This document shows positions 1-10,406 of a stretch of DNA of 64,000 nucleotides, piece by piece. Below the pieces are notes generated by a model. It was not told the origin of the DNA, made no database searches, and was given only the letters and a program-made list of their open reading frames with translations. Source of the DNA: an uncultured bacterium. Lineage in GTDB: Bacteria; Verrucomicrobiota; Verrucomicrobiia; Limisphaerales; UBA8199. Positions within the stretch are counted from its first letter, which is position 1. Each line of letters opens with the position of its first letter. Where the stretch lies: contig CAVVMW010000006.1 in the NCBI GenBank assembly GCA_963749495.1, positions 672,001-736,000 on the forward strand, given 5' to 3'. A program made the position numbers and the translations under genes.

Positions 1-255
1 AGCGGGGCATTGCTGGGGGGCTTGGGCCTGGCGGTGTTCTGGCCCAAGGGCCGCGCCACCCCGGTCGTCATCGGCATGGTGACTTCGCTGGCCGCCATGA
101 CCGCCATCCAGGTCCTGCCCAGGCTCGCCCTCACCCGCGAGTGGTGGATGAAAACCATCGGCACCGAGGTCTTCTGGCCCTGGTACACGCTCATTGGGGC
201 GGTGATCACGATCGGGACGGCGACAATCGCGGCAAGGCTGAAGGCTAAAGGCTAA
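1..255 (+). CDS. 3' end of a membrane transporter, probably sodium:solute symporter family (partial)
   Basis: Hydrophobic helices ending in 'VFWPWYTLIGAVITI', typical of SSS C-termini; the stop falls inside a GGCTAAA/GGCTGAA repeat tract. Confidence 0.6.
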   Translation, partial: SGALLGGLGLAVFWPKGRATPVVIGMVTSLAAMTAIQVLPRLALTREWWMKTIGTEVFWPWYTLIGAVITIGTATIAARLKAKG

Positions 256-445
256 GGGCTAAAAAACAGTCCACAGTCCACAGTCCACAGTCCACAGTCG
301 GGGAGCCGAAGGCTCAGGGGCGAGGCTCGAGGGACGAATGACCAATGACGCGAGGAGTCTGCGCTCTGGATTACGCTTCGCTCGATGGTCTTTGGAGTGT
401 GGACTGTGGACTGTGGACTGTGGACTGTTTTTTAGCCTTCAGCCT
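235..445. repeat. Nested inverted heptamer tracts between convergent genes
   Basis: (GGCTRAA)n then (CAGTCCA)x5 at 235-300, mirrored by (TGTGGAC)x4 then TTTTAGCCTTCAGCC at 397-445. Confidence 0.9.
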
Positions 446-2026
446 TTACTTCCTGAGCGCCCACTTGACCCATTCGACGATCCTTGGCGGCTGGCCGGTG
501 CGGAGGATGCCGATGCGGAAGATGCGGCCGGCCATGAGGAGGGCGATGAGGGTCGAGGCCAACAAGAGGACAAACGTGCCGGCCAAGTCGATGAAGGGCG
601 GGTCGGCGGTGGCGCGGTTCATCATGATGAAGGGGGTGTAGAGGGGGATCCACGACAGGACCCGGGCCAGAGCACCGTTGGGGTCCTTGGGGATGAAGGT
701 CATCGTCATGAGGGGGACCATCATGAGCAGGGTCATGGCCGCCATGTAACTCTGGGCCTCCTTGAGGGTGTTGCAGACGCTGCCGATCGAGAGGATGAAG
801 GCGGCATACATCAGGAAGCCGAGCAGGAAATAGACCGCAAAGAGCGGCACCAGGTTCGAGGTGCGCAAGACCAGGAAGATTTGGCCGGCGAGTTCGGAGG
901 CGCCGCCCGATTTCCAGCTCAGGATGCCAAAGAGCGCCCCCATCCAAGCCCCGACCATGGTCAGGCCGACGGCGGCGATGCCCACGAGCTTGCCCATCAT
1001 CAATTCGTTTGGCGTCACCGAGGAGAGCAGCACCTCGATGATGCGATTGGATTTCTCCTCGATGGTGTTGCTCAGGAGCATCTGCATGATCGAGAAGATG
1101 GCCACCCAGAGCAGATAGACGAAGCCGCTGGGGGCCCATTGGCGGATGATGTCGGCCGTGCCGACGGCCTCGCGGCCCTTCTCCTTTTTGGGATTGAGAT
1201 TGGCGAAGGGGACATAGGTCTGCTCGATTTGGCGGATGGCGGCGCCATCCATGCCGCGGGCGAGGAACTCGCGGCGGCGGATCTCGGCATTGACAGCGCG
1301 CTCGACTTCTTCTCGGAGCCGCGGGTCGGAGGCGTTGGCCGACCAGTATTGAATCGGATGATTGGTCGTCGAGGAAGATGAGCGGGTGGCCGGCGCCCGG
1401 TTTTGGGGACGAACGACCTGGTCTTGGATGTCGCCGGGGATGAGGATGGCGGCGGCCAATGGGACGCTTGTGCCGCCGGCATCGATGAGTCTCTCGTTGC
1501 GCAAGCAGGGCTTGAGGGCTTCGGCAATCGAGGCGGGGTCGGCATCGGCCTTGATGCCCGGGGGGAGCGGGACCTGCTGAAAGGGGCGGCGCGGCTCCTG
1601 GAAGGGCGGGGCGCCGGGCCGCAGCCTGGGCCGGAGCTGGGCCAGAAAGAAATCCGCGCCGCCCTTGGCGATGAAGTCCTCCAGGGATTGGGCGTCGCCC
1701 TCGTTGAGGTCATCCAGCGGCGAGGCGGCGCGCGCAGCGGCCGGGTCTGCGGGGGGCGCCAGGTTTTTCCGGGCGTAGTCCTTGAGGGCTGCCAGCACCT
1801 GGCGCTGGTGCGACTTGTCCAGGGCGGCCTGCACGGCCGGCGCCAGGTTGCCCGAAGGGTCCACCAGGACAAAATAGCGGATCGGCGTGGCCCTTTGTTC
1901 GAGCAGGATGGGCACCTGGATCGAGAGAAAGATGATGACCGGAAACAGGAACAGGCCCAGCCAGAAGCCGCGGGTCTTGGCGTTCTCGGCATACTCCCGC
2001 CAGGCTACCAACAATGCGTTTCTCAT
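446..2026 (-). CDS. ABC-2 type transporter permease (NatB/YhaP-like)
   Basis: N-terminal 'VAWREY...FWLGLFLFP', 'EEKSNRIIEVLLSSV...LMMGK' motif and C-terminal TM helices; ATG overlaps the ATPase stop. Confidence 0.9.
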   Translation of the reverse strand: MRNALLVAWREYAENAKTRGFWLGLFLFPVIIFLSIQVPILLEQRATPIRYFVLVDPSGNLAPAVQAALDKSHQRQVLAALKDYARKNLAPPADPAAARAASPLDDLNEGDAQSLEDFIAKGGADFFLAQLRPRLRPGAPPFQEPRRPFQQVPLPPGIKADADPASIAEALKPCLRNERLIDAGGTSVPLAAAILIPGDIQDQVVRPQNRAPATRSSSSTTNHPIQYWSANASDPRLREEVERAVNAEIRRREFLARGMDGAAIRQIEQTYVPFANLNPKKEKGREAVGTADIIRQWAPSGFVYLLWVAIFSIMQMLLSNTIEEKSNRIIEVLLSSVTPNELMMGKLVGIAAVGLTMVGAWMGALFGILSWKSGGASELAGQIFLVLRTSNLVPLFAVYFLLGFLMYAAFILSIGSVCNTLKEAQSYMAAMTLLMMVPLMTMTFIPKDPNGALARVLSWIPLYTPFIMMNRATADPPFIDLAGTFVLLLASTLIALLMAGRIFRIGILRTGQPPRIVEWVKWALRK

Positions 2027-3015
2027 CGGGACAGCACCTCCTTGGCGTCCGGGCCCACCAGGTGTATGAAGACCTCGTGCAAGGTCGGCTGGGATTGGTT
2101 GAAGCTCTTGAGGCGGATGCGCCGGCCGAAGCAGGTCTGGAGGATCACTTGCGGGTCGGAGTTCTCGCGCAACTCCACTTCCCAACAGGTCGAGGCCGGG
2201 GGACCGGCCTGGGCCCGGGCCTGGCCGTTGGCCGGCAGCGCACGCACCGTGCTGACCTCCGCCAGGTCGCGCAACGGGCCGATATCGTCCTCGGTCTCCA
2301 GCCGCACGCGGCGCGGCACCGTCCGCCTGGCCTCCGCCAACGAGCCGTCGAAGATCAGCCGGCCCCGGGCGATGAGCAGGATGCGTTCACACAACCGCTC
2401 GGCGTGCTCCATGACGTGGGTCGAAAAGAGGACGGTGCGCTTGCGGCCCGCCATCTCGCGGATGAGGCCCTCCATAACCTGTTGATTGACCGGGTCCAGC
2501 CCGGCGAAGGGTTCGTCCAGGATAACCAATTCAGGGTTGTGGGCCAGCGCCGCCAGTATCTGCACCTTCTGGCTCATCCCTTTGGAGAGCGCGTCGGTCG
2601 GTTTCTCGGCGAAGTCCTTGAGGCCAAACCGTTCCAGCAACTGGAAGGCGGCCTGTTTGGCGGCCTGGCGGCTCAGGCCCTTGAGGGTGGCGAAGTAGGC
2701 GATGATGGCCCAGGCCTTCATCTTTTTGTAGAGGCCCTTTTCCTCGGGCAGGTAACCCAGGCGATGGCGCACCTCCAGCGCCGAGGGCCTGCCCAGGACC
2801 GTGATGGTGCCGCTGCTCGGCTTGAGGATGTCGAGGATCATCCGCAGGGTCGTCGTCTTGCCCGCCCCGTTCGGGCCCAGGAAACCGCAGATCGAACCGG
2901 GCGCCAGGCTGAAGCTGACCTCATCGACGGCCTTGAAGCCGCCAAAGAACTTGGTGACCCTGCGCAATTCGAGCACGGCGCCAGGCGGGATTCGATTCAA
3001 GTCAGGTTCGCTCAC
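2023..3015 (-). CDS. ABC transporter ATP-binding protein
   Basis: Walker A GPNGAGKT, signature LSKGMSQ, Walker B ILDEP, H-loop STH. Confidence 0.95.
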   Translation of the reverse strand: MSEPDLNRIPPGAVLELRRVTKFFGGFKAVDEVSFSLAPGSICGFLGPNGAGKTTTLRMILDILKPSSGTITVLGRPSALEVRHRLGYLPEEKGLYKKMKAWAIIAYFATLKGLSRQAAKQAAFQLLERFGLKDFAEKPTDALSKGMSQKVQILAALAHNPELVILDEPFAGLDPVNQQVMEGLIREMAGRKRTVLFSTHVMEHAERLCERILLIARGRLIFDGSLAEARRTVPRRVRLETEDDIGPLRDLAEVSTVRALPANGQARAQAGPPASTCWEVELRENSDPQVILQTCFGRRIRLKSFNQSQPTLHEVFIHLVGPDAKEVLSR

Positions 3016-3024
3016 AGTTGAGGT

Positions 3025-4779
3025 TCATCCGATGACGACCAGGTGCATGGACTCGGGCAGGCTGGCGGCGACGCGGGCGACGACGTTGCCCTTGAGGAGG
3101 TTGACCAGGGCGGCGCGCCGGCTGCCGCCCAGGACCACGGTGTCCACTCCGAACGTGGCCGCGATATCGATGATGGTGTCGGCCGGCGAATCGCTGATGC
3201 TGTAGAGCTTGTTGACGTGCAGGCCCTCGCTCTCGGATTCGAGCCGGGTGAAGAGGGTCCGCGCCTGGGGGTCGTCCTTCCAGTTGCCGGCCATGTCGAT
3301 CGTGACCGCCACCTCGCGGATGTAGAGGACCAGCAGTTGGGCGTCGCGCACCCGCGTCTCATCCAGGGCGAACTGCAGCGCCGGGGTCCAACCGCGCGCG
3401 GCGACCAGGAGCGACTGGCCGAGGAATTCCGGATGGGAACGGGCGGAGGCGGGCCATGCGGCGGCGCCGTGGTTGGCGGCCGGCATGGCGGCCGGGGCGA
3501 GCGTGCGGCGGCGCAACGTCGCTTCGCGCAGGGCCAGCCCCACGGCCAGGACAATGAGGACGAACAGCAGGGCCTCCCGCTTGCTCCAGGCTATCGTCAA
3601 CCAGATCGCCACCAGCAGAAAGAAGGTGCCCTTCATCGTCAGCCGCTGGTGGCCCTTGAGGTCAATCTGCCGGGCAAACGCGCAGGACCCCAGGTTGATG
3701 GCGATGGCGCCCACCACCCCGATGGCGTAGAGCGAGGAGAGGCTCTCGACCGACTCGCTCAGGTTGAGCACCAGCACGGGCAGGATGGTGGCGACGATGA
3801 GCGCCACCCACGGCACCCCGAAACGGTTGAGCTGGATGAACGGGTCGGGCAACTCCCCGTCATGGGCCATCACGTAGAGCAAGGCCACCATGCCGGTCAG
3901 GGCCGTGTTGACCGCCGAGATGAGCAGCAGGCCAAAGACCCAGCCCACCAGCAGCCCGAACCTGGGCCCGATGAACTGCTCGCCCATGTAGCGCAGCATA
4001 TCGTTCTCGTGCGTCAGCGCCGCCACCGGCAGGCACATCGCCAGGACGCTCAGCAGGGCCGTGCCGATGACCACGTCCAGCATCACCGCGATGATCGCCC
4101 GCCGGGCCGCGATGCGCACCGAGGGATGCTCGAGCGTCGCGTTCGGATCCAATTGCATCACCCCGGTGCCGCTGGCCGCCACCTCGACGCCCGACAAGGC
4201 CAGGATCATGTCCACGAACTTCGTCCAATTGTGCGGCAGGCCCCCCTTGGCCATCTCGACGTGTACCTGGCTGATGTGCGGCATCCCGCTCGCGACGAGC
4301 GTGATGACCACCAGCACCGTCGGCACCGCCAGCCAGATCGCAATGCCCCCGGTGTGTTTTGGACCCAGGAAATTGACCGCCCCGATGATGAAAATGGTCG
4401 TGATTGCCCACTCCTTGGCCTGGATCGGGTTCGCAATGCCCAGGTAATGGAAGGCGTCCAGGCAACTCAGGGCCGCCGTGACGATGAAATCCGCCAGCAA
4501 CAACAGTCCGCCTATGGCGGCCAGGCGCCTGGAGTGCAGCCCGGCGGCCGTATAGACGCCGCCCCCGTTGGGAAAATGCCCGCAGACCCAGATGTAATTG
4601 ACCCCCACCAGCCCCGTCACCAGCGTGACCGCCAGCAAGTGCGGCAGCGCCGCATAGCCCACCGCCGCCACCCCCAAACCGATGACGTAGGCCTTGCTCG
4701 TGCCCCAGTCGCCATACAGCAACGCAGCCGCTCGGACCCAACCCACGTTCCGGGGCCGACCTACGGTACTGATTTCCAT
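3025..4779 (-). CDS. APC-family amino acid permease with C-terminal universal stress protein domain
   Basis: About 12 TM segments, 'GDWGTSKAY' and 'PNGGGVY'; C-terminal 'DTVVLGGSRR...LKGNVVARV' USP motif. Confidence 0.85.
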   Translation of the reverse strand: MEISTVGRPRNVGWVRAAALLYGDWGTSKAYVIGLGVAAVGYAALPHLLAVTLVTGLVGVNYIWVCGHFPNGGGVYTAAGLHSRRLAAIGGLLLLADFIVTAALSCLDAFHYLGIANPIQAKEWAITTIFIIGAVNFLGPKHTGGIAIWLAVPTVLVVITLVASGMPHISQVHVEMAKGGLPHNWTKFVDMILALSGVEVAASGTGVMQLDPNATLEHPSVRIAARRAIIAVMLDVVIGTALLSVLAMCLPVAALTHENDMLRYMGEQFIGPRFGLLVGWVFGLLLISAVNTALTGMVALLYVMAHDGELPDPFIQLNRFGVPWVALIVATILPVLVLNLSESVESLSSLYAIGVVGAIAINLGSCAFARQIDLKGHQRLTMKGTFFLLVAIWLTIAWSKREALLFVLIVLAVGLALREATLRRRTLAPAAMPAANHGAAAWPASARSHPEFLGQSLLVAARGWTPALQFALDETRVRDAQLLVLYIREVAVTIDMAGNWKDDPQARTLFTRLESESEGLHVNKLYSISDSPADTIIDIAATFGVDTVVLGGSRRAALVNLLKGNVVARVAASLPESMHLVVIG

Positions 4780-4908
4780 AGGGCCTGCTTACCGCCGCTC
4801 TAAATCGGAACTCACGACGCACTTCAATACCATCTATTGCGCAAGTTACAAGCTTGATCGCCCACCCCATCGGTATAGCCTGCAGGTGACCGAGGCCCTC
4901 ATTTCCCG

Positions 4909-5279
4909 GCCCAAAGGGCCGCCAGAGCCTAGCCCAGGGCTGAGGCCGTCAGGCCGATGCCCTGGGTAAAGGGTCCGCGAAATCACCCGCGCCCTGACAG
5001 GGCGCCAGAAGCCAAAGCTCATGCCGCAATCGCTCGCCAAAATCTACACCCACCTGATCTTCTCTACGAAGCACCGGGAACGTTGGCTCACCAATGATAT
5101 CCGCGTGGACCTGCACGCCTGCCTTGGCGGTACGCTCAACGGATTGGCTTGCACACCGATCGTCCGGGATTGAGGACTCTGGCGCCCCTCCAGGGCGCAG
5201 GCTCCGGCTCCGGGGCGGAACCCAGGGCATCGGCCTGGCGGCCTCAGCCCTGGGCTAGGCTCTGCCGGCCCTTTGGGCC
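4909..5279. mobile_element. REP-flanked remnant of an IS200/RAYT-type element
   Basis: About 60-bp imperfect inverted repeats (4909-4968 and 5220-5279) plus inner GCGCCC-N-GGGCGC palindromes enclose a transposase fragment. Confidence 0.75.
5021..5173 (+). pseudogene. Truncated IS200/RAYT (Y1 HUH) transposase, N-terminal 50 aa
   Basis: Manual translation MPQSLAKIYTHLIFSTKHRERWL...LHACLGGTL; stops before the HUH motif. Confidence 0.8.
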
Positions 5280-5327
5280 GCGATGCTCCGCAGTTGCTTT
5301 TTGGCCATTCTCTGCTAATGGATCGCC

Positions 5328-6170
5328 GTGACTGAGCCGAGTCTCCTGCTCCTCATCCCGGCCTACAATGAAGAGCGCCGCATCGAACCGGTGCTGCGGG
5401 ATTATGCCCGCTTCTTTCAGGAGAATTACCGGGGCAAGTTCCAGTTGGTGGTGGTGCTCAACGGCTGCCGGGACAATACCCGGGGCGTCGTGGAACGGGT
5501 GGCCGCCGAGTACCCCGCCATCGGCTTTCGGGAATTCCTCGAGCCGATCGGCAAGGGGGGCGCACTCATCGAGGGGCTCAAGCTGGCCCCGCTGGCGGAC
5601 CTCATCGGTTACGTGGATGCGGACGGCGCCACGCCGCCTCGGGCCTTTCACGACTTGGTGGTGCGCAGCGGCGAGGCCGATTGCGTCATCGGCTCGCGCT
5701 GGCTGCCCGGGGCGGTGCTGCACGTCGAGCAAAGCAGCAAGCGGCAATTTGCAAGCCGGGTCTTTCACGTCATAGTCGAGTGGCTCTTCCACATGCACAT
5801 CCGGGACACGCAATGCGGAGCCAAAGTGATGCGCCGGCAGGCCATCGAGACCATCCACTCCGCCCTGCGCATCGCGGACATGGCGTTCGACATCAACCTG
5901 CTCTACTCGCTGAAGCACGCCGGCTACACGGTCCTGGAGGTGCCCACGGAATGGACGGACAAGTTCGGCTCGAAGGTGAAGCTCTTCCGGACATCGCTGG
6001 CCATGTTTCTTTCGGTGGTGCGCATTCGGCTGATTTATTGGCCCAGGATTTACAAATGGCTGCGGCCGTTGCGGCCGCTCGAGGGGTGGGTGTACCAGAA
6101 ACTGCTGCGGGCGCCCCAACCGCTGCCGGGGCCCGACAGGCGCGGGGAGGCTCAGGAGCCTGAAGGGTGA
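5328..6170 (+). CDS. Glycosyltransferase family 2 (dolichyl-phosphate glycosyltransferase-like)
   Basis: IPAYNEE, GKGGA, YVDADG, IGSR and DTQCGAK motifs. Confidence 0.9.
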   Translation: MTEPSLLLLIPAYNEERRIEPVLRDYARFFQENYRGKFQLVVVLNGCRDNTRGVVERVAAEYPAIGFREFLEPIGKGGALIEGLKLAPLADLIGYVDADGATPPRAFHDLVVRSGEADCVIGSRWLPGAVLHVEQSSKRQFASRVFHVIVEWLFHMHIRDTQCGAKVMRRQAIETIHSALRIADMAFDINLLYSLKHAGYTVLEVPTEWTDKFGSKVKLFRTSLAMFLSVVRIRLIYWPRIYKWLRPLRPLEGWVYQKLLRAPQPLPGPDRRGEAQEPEG

Positions 6171-6244
6171 CGAGCCTCCCCACCGCCGCAGTGCAAAACG
6201 CTTCGCGATTGCCGCCGCGCGTCCAAATCCGGGGGCCAGGGCTG

Positions 6245-7555
6245 CTACGTCAAGGCTGCGGGCGCGGGCGACGAGGACGCGGCATCGCCCGTGTTATCGG
6301 TCCAGGTGAACCAGGCGCCCAGGGCCAGGAGCACGAGGTTGCAGAGGCCGACGACTTGGAGGACCATGACGAGCCTCGCGTCGAGGACTTGGCGGACCAT
6401 GATGAGCCTCGCGTGGGAACAGACCCAGACCAGGCCGAAGACGTAGCCCATGGCCAGGACACAGAGCCACGGGACGATGCGGAAGGCGGAGCGGGCAAAC
6501 AGGGCGCTGACCAGCACATTGGCCAGGCACAAGGGGACCATGGCGGCGGCGTACCAGGGCAGCAACAAGGAGGCGGCCGCGACGTACTTCTGGCCGTTGA
6601 CGATTTGGACGACAATGGGCCCGAGGACGGACAGGCCAAGCACGCCGAGGATCGACAAGAGCGTCGTGCCGGCGAGGACCAGGCCCAGGAGATTGCTCTT
6701 TTCGCCCCGGACACTGGTGTGAACCAGGCGCGGGAACATGACGGTGGCCAGCGGGACGACGACCCACATCAAGGCGCGCGAGAGGGTGCCGGCGCTCCCA
6801 TAGAAGTTGACCTGGTTTTCGGGGAAATAGGCCTTGACGAATAGCGTGTCCCCCGTGAACAGGAACTGGACGACGGCGGAGCCGATCACTAGAGGCAGGA
6901 CTTGGCGGCCGAGGCCGCTCCAATCCAAAGGCCGAGCAGGGGCAAGCCAGAGCGAACGGGTCTGCCAGATCGCGATGAGGACGGCGAACACGGTCCCGAA
7001 CAGGACCCCAACCATCATGCCCGCTGCCAAGCCGCCGAAGATCATCACCGCCAGGGTGGCGACGCCCAGCCGGCCGATGCCGTTGCTCATGACGCTCCAG
7101 CCCAGCCATAAGAAATCCTGTTTCCCCTGTAAGACGCCCTGAAACAAGGGCAGCCAGAGCGCAAAGAGCAGAACCAGCACGGTGATCCAGAGCCCGGAGT
7201 GGTTGGTGACCTTGAAGCGAGCCATGATCGGGTCTCGCAAGACCCAGACGACCGCCACGCCCATCAGCCACAACAGGAAGGTCCCCAGCCATACCCTGCG
7301 GGTCATGCCGGCCAGCTCGGCTTGCTTGTTCGTCGCCAGGGCCTTGGCCGTCTGCTGGGCCATGACCATTTGCAAGGGAGCCACGGGAATGCTCATGACC
7401 AGGGCCAGGTAAGCGACGAACAGGCCGTATTCGCCGGGGCGGGTCCTGTGGGACAGGAAATGGACGGCCCACATCAAGGCGCCACTGGCCACCGTGGCCA
7501 GCATCAGCCAGCCGCTATGGCGGAAGAACGTGGCGCGGTGCTCCGCTTCGGTCAT
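6245..7555 (-). CDS. Oligosaccharide flippase / polysaccharide biosynthesis membrane protein (alternative start 7591)
   Basis: About 12 TM helices with Wzx/MATE-like pattern ('EYGLFVAY', 'NFYGSAG...VMFPRL'). Confidence 0.8.
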   Translation of the reverse strand: MTEAEHRATFFRHSGWLMLATVASGALMWAVHFLSHRTRPGEYGLFVAYLALVMSIPVAPLQMVMAQQTAKALATNKQAELAGMTRRVWLGTFLLWLMGVAVVWVLRDPIMARFKVTNHSGLWITVLVLLFALWLPLFQGVLQGKQDFLWLGWSVMSNGIGRLGVATLAVMIFGGLAAGMMVGVLFGTVFAVLIAIWQTRSLWLAPARPLDWSGLGRQVLPLVIGSAVVQFLFTGDTLFVKAYFPENQVNFYGSAGTLSRALMWVVVPLATVMFPRLVHTSVRGEKSNLLGLVLAGTTLLSILGVLGLSVLGPIVVQIVNGQKYVAAASLLLPWYAAAMVPLCLANVLVSALFARSAFRIVPWLCVLAMGYVFGLVWVCSHARLIMVRQVLDARLVMVLQVVGLCNLVLLALGAWFTWTDNTGDAASSSPAPAALT

Positions 7556-7602
7556 AGGCTCAGGCCGTGAGCCGGTTTGTGCTGCGAGCATAGTTCTGCC
7601 AT

Positions 7603-10254
7603 CTATTTGCCGGCCTTGATGATGCTGGAGTCCAGCGACGGGCCGAGAACGGGGAGGCGCTTCTTGAGCCGTTCCAAGAGGTAGATTTCCTGCCGGTGAT
7701 TCTGCAACTCGGGCGTGCGGACCAGCCGGGCAGCCTCCAGCGCCGCTCTCTGGATCCAGAATGGGTCGGCCCGCTCGCCCTGGAAGAGATTGGTGCCATA
7801 AAAGACTCCCAGGGTACTTGCTCAGGGCGGCCTCGAGGAGGGCCTTGCGCTCAGAGCCGGTCTTGAGCGGCTCGGCCATTTTTTCGAGGACGGCACCCTG
7901 GCCGACCTGGGCCATGCTGCGGGCGCTGGCGTCCGCATTAGTGGAGGTGATGACTTGCTGGTAGGCCGCCAAGGCATTGGTGAGGCCCTCCGGTTGATGG
8001 GTCAGCGCGGCCCACTGGAGCTGGCAATTCGCCTCCTGGCCGTAGGCCAGGAAGACCTGCCGGTTGGTCGGATAGTCCCGGCAGATGCTGCGGAAGACTT
8101 TAATGGCGATGGCATAGTCCTCGACCCGGTTGGTGGAGTCCTGGCTTATCAAGGTGTCGCCGTAGGCGAACATGGCCTGGAAGCGCAAATTGGCGGGGCA
8201 ATTGGTGTCGTTGATGAGGCCCAGGAAGTGGGTGATGGCATCAGGCCAGTTGGCCCGGGTGGCCAGGGCGGCGCGGCCGGCCATCATCCGCGCCTGGTAT
8301 TTGAGTTCCCAGGCCCACGGCGGGAGGTTGGTGTCGTCGAGGATCAGTTTGAAGTAGCGTTCGGCGTCCAGCCAGGTGGGGTCCTTGAAGTAATAGCTGC
8401 CGAGCCACCAGAGGGCCAGGGGTGTGAATTCATTGGTGGGGAAGTGGGCCACGAAGTTGGTGAAGAGTGTGAGGGCATTGGTTTGGTCGCCGGCCAGCGA
8501 GCAATCCAGGGCCAGGCAGGTACCTGGGCCTGGGGCAGCGCGTCACACTTTGGGAAATGCTCCACGAGGTCGGTCAATACCTGGATGGCTTCGGGCAGCT
8601 TGTTCTCCAGTTCGAAGCTGCGCGCGATGGCCAGGCGCAGCCGGGGCAGGAGAGGCCCGGCGGGCACCCGTTGCGCGGCGGCGGCCAGGATTTGCTGCGC
8701 GCGGGCCGGATCGCCGCTGCGGCTCATCGCCTGGCCGGCGAACAGACTGGCCCGTTCGGCGTGGAAGCCGTCCGGGAACCAGGCCAGGATCTTTGCAAGC
8801 GCGTTGGTGGCGGTGGCTAGGTCCCCTGCCTCCAACGCGGCCCTGACCGCCTGGTAAAGGGCCGGCTCAAAGAGGTTGGTCCTGACCTCCGGCAGGCCGC
8901 CGTAGCGCTCGACGATGGCGGTGTAGTTGGAGATTGCACCGGGGAAATTCGTCTGTTCGAACTGCGCGTCGGCCAGTTTGAACCGGGCGGTGGCCTGGTC
9001 GAGGCCATTGGTCAGGTGCTCGAGGGCGTTGGTGCATGCCGCCTGGCATCCCGCCCAGTCTTGTTGCTGCCACAGGCACCAGGCCAGGTCCAGTTGCCCC
9101 CGGCCGGCCAGGGGGCTTTGCGGGAACCATTTTTCCAGGTCGCGAAGGGCCTGCACGGCGCGCTGGAGGTTGGTGCTGGCGGGCAGGGTGTTGGCGGGCA
9201 GGACGGCAGCGAGATTGGTTAGGCGCAGTTCCCCCACCAGGAGCAAGGCGAAGTCGGCGGGCGGCGTGTTGGTGACGCGGTCCGAGAACTCCTCCAGCCG
9301 CTGCACGGCTTCGGCAATCCGGTTGCTGGCCACCAACAGCCCGGTGATTTTGTCCAGGGCCTCGAGCTGGCGCTCGGGGGGCGCGCCCGCCGCCAGGTTA
9401 TTGGTATAGGCGCCGATGGCTTCGTCGGGCCGGCCGAGTTGCTCGAGCAGGCGCGCGTGGAAAACGAAGCTCTCGGCCAGGAGCCGTTGGTCAGTCGTGG
9501 CCGCCGCCGCCGCGAGGAGGTTGGTGGTGTATTGGAGTGCGTCCTGGGGGCGTGCCTGAGCCAGCCGGATGCGGCGGAGCAGGTCCTGCCATTGCCAGTC
9601 CAACCTGGGGTTGCGCTGGACCTTGCCCCAGGGCTGGAGCACCGAATCAGCCGAGGCATAATCCTGCCGGGTGAAGAATGCCTCGGCCAGGCGCAGGTAG
9701 CCGCTCTGGACCTGGTTGGTGGCGGAGTTGGTGCGTGCCATGCTCTGGAAGACGCCCTCGGGTTTCTGGAGCAACTCGATGACGCGCGGCCACTGCCCGC
9801 GTTTGGCCCACGCCGTGGCTTCGCCAACGCTCGCCTCCAGGCAGCGGGTCGAGTTGGGGAACCGGCTGACGAGATTCGAGAAGGCGGAGCCGGCCGCCGG
9901 GTAGTCCCCCTTTTGCAGGCAGGCCTGGCCCAGCGAGAACAGGTATTGGTCGCCCCATTCGCCCGCCTGGCCCTGGTGGGCGAGCAGCAGGTTGATAGCG
10001 CCGGCGTAATTGGTCATCTCGTACCTGGCCTGGGCCTGGTAAAGGTAGGCCTGCGCCAGGCGCGTCGAATTGGTGAACTTGAGGGCGAACTCGGCGAAAC
10101 CGGCTTCGGCCAGTTGCCAAAAGCCGTCGTGAAGCTGGTTGCAGGCCGGATTGAAGGCGGCGGCTTCCCCCGGGACCTCTGCGCCAGGCAGCAGTCCGGG
10201 GGCGAAAACCAGGACCAGGCTCAAGCTCAAAGCGCACCGGCGCAACACGACCAT
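7603..10254 (-). CDS. Large secreted TPR-repeat protein; two apparent frameshifts near 8520 and 7810
   Basis: Signal peptide and repeated TPR helices ending 'FPxS'; continues across the ORF-track frames, with my translation of the last frame ending '...DPFWIQRAALEAARL...KAGK*'. Confidence 0.8.
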
Positions 10255-10321
10255 AACAAGATCATTCTAGACTGGCGGGGGCAGGTACGAAAAGCTCGAA
10301 ATGCCAGGGGAGAGCAGAGGG

Positions 10322-10394
10322 GGCAGAATCATTGTTGGCAAAATCATTTAGAGGCAGGTTGTTTCTTAATGATTTTGCCAACAATGATTCTGCC
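10322..10394. repeat. Perfect 27-bp inverted repeat with 19-nt loop (possible terminator or element scar)
   Basis: GGCAGAATCATTGTTGGCAAAATCATT at 10322-10348 and its reverse complement at 10368-10394. Confidence 0.85.
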
Positions 10395-10406
10395 TGGACG
10401 CGGGGG

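Noticed and set aside
6353..6414. 33-bp in-frame duplication in the flippase 3' end
   Set aside because: Real but minor (HARLIMVRQVL/DARLVMVLQVV), with no evidence of functional significance.
6245..8452. Apparent TPR-flippase fusion (735 aa ORF)
   Set aside because: A frameshift near 7810 hides the TPR gene's own terminus, which ends at 7603 in another frame.
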